Assembly: GCF_006345805.1 (NCBI RefSeq)
Contig: NW_021827425.1
Span: 1 to 10,217 of the forward strand
Direction of reading: 5' to 3'
Source of the DNA: Octopus sinensis
Taxonomy: Eukaryota
DNA length: 10,217 nucleotides
The notes under the pieces were generated by a model that was not told the DNA's origin, did not search any database, and saw only the letters and a list, made by a program, of their open reading frames with translations. This document shows positions 1-6,720 of the stretch, piece by piece. The position numbers and the translations under genes were made by a program. Each line of letters begins with the position of its first letter. Position 1 is the first letter of the stretch.

Positions 1-444
1 TAAAAACTTATTATTTTTGTTGTTGTCGTTGTTGTTGCCAATCGATCTTACGGATTACAAATAATAAAATAAATAAAACACATCAACATCAATAATCCGG
101 ATTATCGAAAGAGAATCAAAAATTTTAAATCAAAACATAATTCTTCACACTTTTTAATTAGTTTTCCCGCTGAATAAAAGCCATTTTAAGACTTTTCTCC
201 GACTAAATTTCGTCGTTTCGTTTTATCACAAAGAATAATCTCAGAAATAATCCATTATATTATTTATTTTTTCGTCTTCTTTAATCGGATTTGACAATGT
301 CACACATGAAATTATACAAGTGCAATAGTTAGCAGCGTCAGCGCTGACGCCAGACATGGATTGTTCCTAGTATGACGCTTAATAGAACTTGGAAAGCGAA
401 ATAATTAGATACGTTGTGGCTAATCTTACTGCAACAAGAGTATG

Positions 445-663
445 GTAGATTTTCTTTCTTAGTTTGGCACAAGGCCAGCATTTTTGAAGGAGGGGAAAAT
501 TGATTACATCGGTCTCACTGCTCAAATGGGGCTTCATTTTATCGACCAAGAAAGGATGAGGGGCAAAGTCAACCTTGGAGAAATTTAAAATCGGATCGTG
601 AAGAAGTGGAAGAAATTCCGCTGAGTAAGTCCGATGCAGTAGCGATTCGGCCAGGTCAGTGCC
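445..663 (-). mobile_element. Family A tRNA-derived SINE, diverged copy 1 of tandem array (A2-type tail)
   Basis: Reverse complement aligns by eye to the full-length + copy at 1927-2160 over the head and middle (atcgacc..gaaaggatga..ggcaaagtcaacct..gaaattt). It has the tail ttggcacaaggccagca..ggagggg shared with copies 2 and 3. Confidence 0.8.
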
Positions 664-674
664 TTGAAATCATG

Positions 675-893
675 GTAATAATGTTTTCTAATTTTTGGTA
701 AATGGATAGCAATTTTGAGGGAGGGGAAGGCAATTACATCGACCTTACAACTTGACTAACACTTATTTTATCGACCCCGAAAGGATGAAAGGCAGGTTTT
801 ACCTCAGCGGAATTTGAACTCAGAACGTAAAGACGAGCGAAATGCCGCTAAGTATTCTGTCTTGCGTACTAACGATTCTGCAAGCTCGCCTCC
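675..893 (-). mobile_element. Family A SINE, copy 2 of tandem array
   Basis: acttattttatcgaccccgaaaggatgaaaggc...gcggaatttgaactcagaacgtaa...aacgattctgcaagctcgcc is the reverse complement of the family A head and middle domain. Confidence 0.9.
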
Positions 894-903
894 TTAGAAT
901 ATT

Positions 904-1122
904 GTAATAATGGTTTCAAATTTTGGCACAAGGACCAGGAAGTTCGGGGGAGGGGTAAGTCGATTACATCGATGTCACTGCTCGACTGGTACTTATTTTA
1001 TCGACCCCGAAAGGATGAAAGACAAATTTTAACTGGGTGGAGCTTGAACCCAGTGCGTAAAGACGGACGAATTACCGTTAAGCATTTTGCCCTGCATGCT
1101 AACGACTTTGCGAGTTCGCCTC
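904..1122 (-). mobile_element. Family A SINE, copy 3 of tandem array
   Basis: gtaataatggtttcaaattttggcacaagg (tail), ctggtacttattttatcgaccccgaaaggatgaaa (middle), gctaacgactttgcgagttcgcc (head). Confidence 0.9.
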
Positions 1123-1132
1123 GAAAGAGTAT

Positions 1133-1251
1133 GATAATAATCACATACATAACACTGACACCAGCTCTAGAATTTTGAGACGGAGTGTATGGTCTAGTAA
1201 ATACATCCCAGTGTTTGACCTCAACTACTTTAGCCTCCCTTGGAAGATCGA
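1133..1251 (-). mobile_element. Highly diverged 3' half of a fourth family A copy
   Basis: gataataa..tgacaccag..aattttgaga..cccagtgtttgac..ggaagatcga is colinear with the tail and middle of copies 1-3 and sits exactly one period (229 bp) after copy 3. Confidence 0.5.
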
Positions 1252-1286
1252 GCCAACAGGAAAGATACGAAAGGACCGATGAATAA

Positions 1287-1661
1287 GGCGGTGAGCTGGC
1301 AGAATCGTTAGCACGCCGGGCAAAATGCTTAGCGGTATTTCGTCTGCGTTACGTTGTGAGTTCAAATTCCGCCGAGGTCGACTTTGCCTTTCATCCTTTC
1401 GGGGTCGATAATTAAGTACCAGTTACGCACTGGGGTCGATATAATCGACTTAATACCTATGTCTGTCCTTGTTTGTCCCCTCTATGTTTAGCCCCTTGTG
1501 GGTAATAAAGAAATAGGTATTTCGTCTCGAGGTATTTCGAGGTTGACTTTGCCTTTCATCCTTTCGAGGTCGATAAATTAAGTACCAGTTGCGTACTGGG
1601 GTCGATCTAATCAACTGGCACCGTCCCCCCAAATTTCGGGTCTTGTGCGTAGAGCAGAACA
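1287..1661 (+). mobile_element. Family A SINE dimer: full A1 unit (1287-1515) plus promoter-less A2-tailed unit (1516-~1661)
   Basis: A box TGGCAGAATCG (1297-1307) and B box GAGTTCAAATTCC in unit 1. Unit 2 restarts at ggtatttcgtc, lacks both boxes and ends ccccccaaatttcgggtcttgtgc. Flanked by gaaaggaccgatgaa (1269-1283) and gaaagggccgacgaa (1662-1676), 13/15 identical. Confidence 0.85.
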
Positions 1662-1926
1662 GAAAGGGCCGACGAAAGAGTTCCTACGTGCCGCACAACG
1701 GAAATGCAATTAAATTTCTTTTACATTACACCCAGCAGACTTTTTAAAAGATGGCACATTCATTAAACAAAAAGGAGAACCGAGAGATGGTTTAGGCTGA
1801 ATATATTCGGACAACAACAAAGACATGTTGGAAATAAGAAGAAAGCTTTGATTGCAACACGAGTTAAATGTACAAACTCTGAAGTATTTTGTCGGGTGTT
1901 GTACAGAAACTATTATCTACTTTCCT

Positions 1927-2160
1927 CAGGGCGGCGAGCTGGCAGAATCGTTAGCGCGCCGGGCGAAATGCTTAGCGGTATTTCGTCTGTCGTTACGTTC
2001 TGAGTTCAAATTCCGCTACGGTCGACTTTGCCTTTCATCCTTTCGGGGTCGATAAATAAAGTACCAGTTTTGCACTGGGGTCGATGTAATCGACTTAATC
2101 CCTTTGTCTGTCCTTGTTTGTCCCTTCTATGTTTAGCCCCTTGTGGGTAGTAAAGAAATA
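1927..2160 (+). mobile_element. Full-length family A tRNA-derived SINE (A1 tail) with perfect 16-bp target-site duplication
   Basis: Pol III A box TGGCAGAATCG 1940-1950 and B box GAGTTCAAATTCC 2002-2014. Identical direct repeat tattatctactttcct at 1911-1926 and 2161-2176. Near-identical to 1287-1515. Confidence 0.95.
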
Positions 2161-2427
2161 TATTATCTACTTTCCTAATAAATATAATAAAAATTGATAG
2201 TTCTAATTCGAAAACATATATTTGGGAGATGGAACATACAATTATACTGAACCAAATACTTGCTTGGTACTTCACTCCAAAGAATGAATGGCGAAGTGAA
2301 TGATTACAAGACTTGAAATCAAAATAGAAAAAGCGAATAGTAAATGATGTCATGTTTCGTGATCAGTCTTCACTCTAACGTGTTGGTATTTAGTTATCAC
2401 TCTAGCCCCTCTCTTTATACACCCCCC

Positions 2428-2467
<40 letters not shown>

Positions 2468-2565
2468 TGCTTTTTTCCATGCTGACTACTTGATAATTAT
2501 CATTAATGTGACTTTTATCTTTATTATATATATGTGTGTGTGTGTGTGTGTATGTGTGTGTGTGT
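2428..2565. repeat. Compound microsatellites (CA)n(TA)n at 2428-2462 and (TA)n(TG)n at 2526-2565
   Basis: Read directly from the sequence. Confidence 0.95.
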
Positions 2566-2818
2566 ACACACGTTAGTTGGATGACGACGCCACATTTGTG
2601 AACTGTTACCATGACATACGTAGTTTCTTGTGATATTTATACTTCATTCACAGTTATCAGATGAGTAGGCATAGCTCGAACTCTGCCAAGAGGAATGGTT
2701 GCTACGGAAGTTTTGCCTTAGCACGCTTTCTCTTTTATACAAAATAATACTGACAGAAAAAACTATTTCGCAGAAGTAAACGTATTTTGTGCTGATACAT
2801 GCGCTGAAAGCCATATAA

Positions 2819-2827
2819 ACACACACA

Positions 2828-2916
<89 letters not shown>
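2819..2916. repeat. (CA)n microsatellite, ~98 bp, two interruptions
   Basis: Read directly from the sequence. Confidence 0.98.
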
Positions 2917-2920
<4 letters not shown>

Positions 2921-3788
2921 TCATATTAAAATATAGGCGCAGAATTCTTTCATATTTTCTTGTCTCCGATCTCTTTCAAATATAATGATACATATAAATA
3001 ATTGCTCATGCATTCGCACACGCTTGTACACTTATAAAGCCATGCACTTAGATAAACAAACAGACACTTTAGAGATTCTCTCAAAAAAACACGCCAATTA
3101 TTCCTCAAATCACATCGTTTAAAATATTTTAGAATAACTTTTGTCTTCGAGTAAAGAAGTGATTGTCGCAGGTGCGAGATTCATTTTGACCTTAGCTCTA
3201 CTCGTTGACTTGATGGTACACAACAAAAGAGACAACCACATATTTTTGTTTCGACAGTTGAAATTACCAATTAAACTCAGCCAATTAACTTCTCTAAGGG
3301 TCAACGTTGCTTAACTTTTGTATCATTAAAAAGCCCATTGGAAATAAATAGAAGGTAACTTATTGATTTCCACTTTTACATAGAGTTTTAGTTATCTTTT
3401 TAGGTCTAGCGTTAAAAGTTAAACTATGATTTTATTCAGTCAGATGGTGTCTGAACAATTTCTTTACTCACCAATTCTGTTTTCTTTCTATAACTACTGT
3501 ATAATATATTTAAAGATTCCTTAATGCTGAGGGTTCATTTTTGGGAACGAGGTCAGAATAATAGTGAAATATTAGGAGGTTTTTCCTCTCACTTGCAGGG
3601 GAGAAAAGGAGAAAGCTCCATATGTATTTTCCTCACTAGTCAACTTCTTATTTTTCGGATGTTCTTTGAGATAAACATACATACAAGTAACTTGATGTCT
3701 TTCTCTCCCCATTTCTCTCTCCCTCTTTCACCCATCTCTCTACGTTGCTCTCACTCTTATACATTCTTTGCGCAAGTCTAGACATACA

Positions 3789-3953
3789 AGCGCAGGCGTG
3801 GCTATCTGACAAGAAGTTTGCTTCCCAACCACATAGCTCCGGTTCAACCCCTTGCGTGGCACATCAGGTAGGTGTCGTCTACTGGTTGTCGCGGGCCAAC
3901 CAAAGTCATGGGGGTATATTTTGTAGATGGAGTAGGAAAGAAGCCTGTCGTAT
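3789..3953 (+). mobile_element. Family B SINE 5' half (left arm of fold-back)
   Basis: gcgcaggcgtggct..aagtttgcttcccaaccacat..ggttcaacccc (B box)..gggccaaccaaag..aaagaagcctgtcgtat is colinear with 5562-5716 and stops at the internal-microsatellite position. Confidence 0.85.
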
Positions 3954-3976
3954 GCGCGCGCGTTGTTTGGGTGTGT

Positions 3977-4101
3977 CCACAAGGTTTTGGTCGGCCCAGG
4001 GCTATAGCAGAAGATATTTTGCCTGATGTGCCTGCAGTGGAATTGAACCCGGAACCACGGGTTTGGGAAGCAAACTTTTTGCCAGATAGCTACGTCTCAC
4101 C
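3977..4101 (-). mobile_element. Family B SINE 5' part (right arm of fold-back)
   Basis: cacaaggttttggtcggccc..gctatagcagaagat..gaacccggaacc..gggaagcaaact is the reverse complement of the family B head. Confidence 0.9.
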
Positions 4102-4149
4102 AGTATGGATATATTTGCGCTAGTACTGTGTATGAGAGTGAGAGCATCA

Positions 4150-4167
4150 GAGAGACAGAGAGAGAAA

Positions 4168-4241
<74 letters not shown>

Positions 4242-4280
4242 GACAGAGTGTGTGTGTGTGTGTGTGTGCGGCTGTGTGTG
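4150..4280. repeat. Compound (GA)n-(GACA)n-(GT)n microsatellite
   Basis: Read directly from the sequence. Confidence 0.95.
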
Positions 4281-4646
4281 TTAAAGGAAAATGACAGTTC
4301 TAAGTCCCACTGTACCGGCTTATTCAGATAGTCTGACTTAACTAAACTTGAACGGTGGAACATAAAAGTAACTGTAATTTTCTTTATGATATATGTATAC
4401 AAAAAATAAACATCCACGTGTCTGTCTGTGTGTGGGATGAGGTGTGAGGGTGGGATGCGTGTCTGCGAGTCTGCGTGTTTACATACTTAGCTCTGCATAG
4501 ATTCTTAGATGGCTTCTTTTCTCTTCTTGGCTTTCACCATTCACTCAGTATTAAAACCCAAACACAAAACACAGACGTCTGTAAACTAATGACTTACATT
4601 TATTTACCAACAGACATGCATATACGCACAAAGCCTAATATATATC

Positions 4647-5020
4647 TGTGTGTGTGTGTGTGTGTGTGTGTGTAAGTGAGTGAGTGTGTGTGTGTGTGTG
4701 TTTGAGTGAGTGTGTGTGTGTGTGAGTGAGTGTGTGTGTGTGTGTGTGAGAGTATGTGTGTGTGTGGTGTGTGTGTGTGTGTGAGTGTGTGTTTGAGTGT
4801 GTGTGAGTGAGTGTGTGAGTGAGTGTGTGTGAGTGAGTTGAGTGTGTGTGAGTGAGTGTTGGTGTGGTGAGTGGGTGTGTGTGAGTGAGTGTGTGTGGGT
4901 GTGTGGTGAGGGTGTGTGTGTTTGGTGAGTGGTGTGTGTGTGTGAGTGAGTGTGTGTGTGAGTGAGTGTGTGTGTGAGTGAGTGTGTGTGTGTGTGTGAG
5001 TGAGTGAGTGTGTGTGTGTG
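4647..5020. repeat. Long degenerate (GT)n/(GAGT)n tract, ~375 bp
   Basis: Read directly from the sequence. It generates the poly-HT ORFs in the ORF track. Confidence 0.95.
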
Positions 5021-5146
5021 CATTCGTATTTAAAATAAAGTTCTCGACTTCTGAGAATCATCGTTTTTAGCCTGACGAAGCCCATTCCCTTTCCAGGTCT
5101 CTTCACAAACGATCAAAATTGTGCGCTGCAGTCTAATTTAAGAAAT

Positions 5147-5237
5147 TTGGTTTCTTTTACCGAACTGCTAAGGTTTGAAGGTCGTAGAACACCAGCACCT
5201 GTTACCAGGCAGAGGTGTGACACACACACACGCACAC

Positions 5238-5271
<34 letters not shown>

Positions 5272-5300
5272 CATACACGCACGCACGCACACACACATGT
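5147..5300 (-). mobile_element. Diverged family B internal fragment plus its (CA)n microsatellite
   Basis: ggtttcttttaccgaactgctaag..gtagaacaccagcacc resembles ggtctcttttgccgaattgctaag..gtaaacacaccagtatc in the 8511-8947 copy. No 5' half follows the microsatellite. Confidence 0.65.
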
Positions 5301-5320
5301 ATGCATATTTATATATTATT

Positions 5321-5355
<35 letters not shown>

Positions 5356-5374
5356 GATATATATATATTTATAT

Positions 5375-5543
5375 GTCTCTGTCTTCCCTTCTCGGGATCT
5401 TTCCTTCTCCTATGTTTCCGACGAGAGCTCCGCTCGAACGTCAAACCCCTCCTTCTTCCCTTCTTTCCTGAGCGTCCAATAATACTATATTTGTTCCACG
5501 TCCTCGCGTTGTGTTTTTTGTGCTTTTCTTGTTTGGATTAAAC
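5375..5543 (+). mobile_element. ~170-bp pyrimidine-skewed element between two (TA)n runs; probable Penelope-like pLTR fragment or non-autonomous derivative
   Basis: Sharp switch from (TA)n (5308-5374) to a GC/CpG-richer sequence and back to (TA)n (5544-5561). Contains a hammerhead-like motif. The PLE assignment is an inference from that motif. Confidence 0.6.
5414..5446 (+). ncRNA. Degenerate minimal type I hammerhead ribozyme motif
   Basis: GUUU-CCGACGA-GAGC-UCC-GCUC-GAA-CGUC-AAAC: stem I GUUU/AAAC, core CCGACGA (consensus CUGANGA), stem II GAGC/GCUC, then GAA(A)CGUC. Two deviations from the canonical core: U4>C and one missing A. Confidence 0.65.
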
Positions 5544-5561
5544 TATATATATATATATATA

Positions 5562-5718
5562 GGCGCAGAAGTGGCTGTGTGGTAACTTGCTTACCAGGCA
5601 CATGGCTCAGTCCCACTTCGCGGCACCTTGGGCAACTATCTTCTACTATAGCCTCGGGTCCACCAAAGCCTTGTGAGTGGATTTGGTAGACGCGAAACTG
5701 AGAGAAGTACGTCGTATA

Positions 5719-5750
<32 letters not shown>

Positions 5751-5995
5751 TGTGCATGCGTGTGTGTGTATGTATTTGTGTGTGTGTTTGTCCCCCCACC
5801 ACCACTACCACCATCGCTTCACAACCGATGTTGGTGTGTTTACGTACCCGTAAACTAGCGGTTCGGCAAGAGACAGCCTGAATAAGTACTAGGCTTACAA
5901 AGAATAAGTCCTGGGGGTCCATTTGTTCGACAAAAGGCAGTGCTCCAGCGTGGCCTCAGTCAAATGTCTGAAGCAAGTAGAAGAATAAAAGAATA
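5562..5995 (+). mobile_element. Full-length family B tRNA-derived SINE with internal (TG)n
   Basis: A box TGGCTGTGTGG 5572-5582, B-box-like GGCTCAGTCCC 5604-5614, internal microsatellite 5715-5787 and tail aagaataaaagaata. Colinear with the reverse complement of 8511-8947. Both flanks are (TA)-rich. Confidence 0.93.
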
Positions 5996-6028
5996 TTTAT
6001 ATATTTATCTATACATTTATATAACCAC

Positions 6029-6029
<1 letters not shown>

Positions 6030-6059
<30 letters not shown>

Positions 6060-6120
6060 TGTATGTATGTATGTATGTATGTATGTATGTATGTATGTAT
6101 GTATGTATGTGTGTATGTAT
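6030..6120. repeat. (TATG)n microsatellite, ~22 units
   Basis: Read directly from the sequence. Confidence 0.98.
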
Positions 6121-6257
6121 GATGAGCCATTTTCAGTTTCTGTCAACCAAATCCACTCACAAGGCTTTGGTCGCTCTGAAGCTATAGTAGAAGACACTTG
6201 CCCAAGGTGTCATGTACTTAGAATGCAAGTTTCTTACCACACAGCCACGTCTGCGGC
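6118..6257 (-). mobile_element. Family B SINE 5' half, B box deleted
   Basis: ccaaatccactcacaaggctttggtcg..gctatagtagaagacacttgcccaaggtg..ttcttaccacacagccacgtctgcgg is the reverse complement of the B head. It is broken at the microsatellite position. Confidence 0.9.
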
Positions 6258-6259
6258 TA

Positions 6260-6410
6260 TATGTGTATGTGTACGAGTGTGCGTATGTGTGTGTGCGTAT
6301 GTGCGTGTGCAAGTGTGGGGGGGGGACTCGTGTTTGTGTGCCTGTGGTTTTGTCTGTGTATATGCATGTGTATGTGTCTACTTGTGTGTGTGTGTGTGTG
6401 TGTGTGTTTA
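6260..6410. repeat. Degenerate (GT)n tract
   Basis: Read directly from the sequence. Confidence 0.85.
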
Positions 6411-6497
6411 TGTAGATAATCACGTGTACATCTAACATTTCCATTTGTTAAAAACACAAATACAAAGAGCCGAGTAAACACCTACACGCTAGCCAAT

Positions 6498-6720
6498 CAG
6501 CAGCAGCAGCAGCAAGATCAGCAGTAACCACCACCACCACCATCACCACCACCACAATCATCACTACCATCACGAACAACTTCTCCACTGCCACCATCAT
6601 CTATAATACCTAACTACAACCACCACCAACACCACCACATCCATCTCCACCGCCACCAACGCCACCGCCGCCACCACCACCTCCACCTCAACCACCACAA
6701 CCACCACCACCATCACCAGT
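6498..6720. repeat. Degenerate trinucleotide tract: (CAG)5 followed by (CAC/CAT/CAA/CGC)n
   Basis: 3-bp periodicity with A/C strand bias, read directly. Confidence 0.85.

Noticed and set aside
380-435. Possible fifth (upstream) unit of the family A array
   Set aside because: Only gcgaaat and gctaatcttactgc resemble the head, and their spacing does not match.
445-1251. CRISPR-like reading of the regular arrays (also 6954-7369)
   Set aside because: The context is eukaryotic, the units are long SINE or minisatellite copies, there is no repeat-spacer architecture and there are no cas genes.
1930-2016. tRNA genes at SINE heads (also 1287, 3789, 5562)
   Set aside because: A and B boxes are present, but no convincing cloverleaf or acceptor stem is seen and each continues into a SINE body.
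2658-2683. cagatgag..ctcgaac hammerhead-like string
   Set aside because: Core mismatch, stem II does not pair in register, and there is no NUH or stem I.
2931-2944. 14-bp match atataggcgcagaa to the B SINE start (5557-5570)
   Set aside because: Similarity stops immediately. One such match is plausible by chance in 10 kb.
3258-3354. Candidate 97-bp exon (tttttgtttcgacag acceptor, AG|gtaact donor)
   Set aside because: All three frames contain a stop codon and there is no recognisable product. It cannot be supported without RNA data.
5072-5110. Perfect CTGACGA hammerhead core start
   Set aside because: No stem II and no downstream GAAA/NUH.
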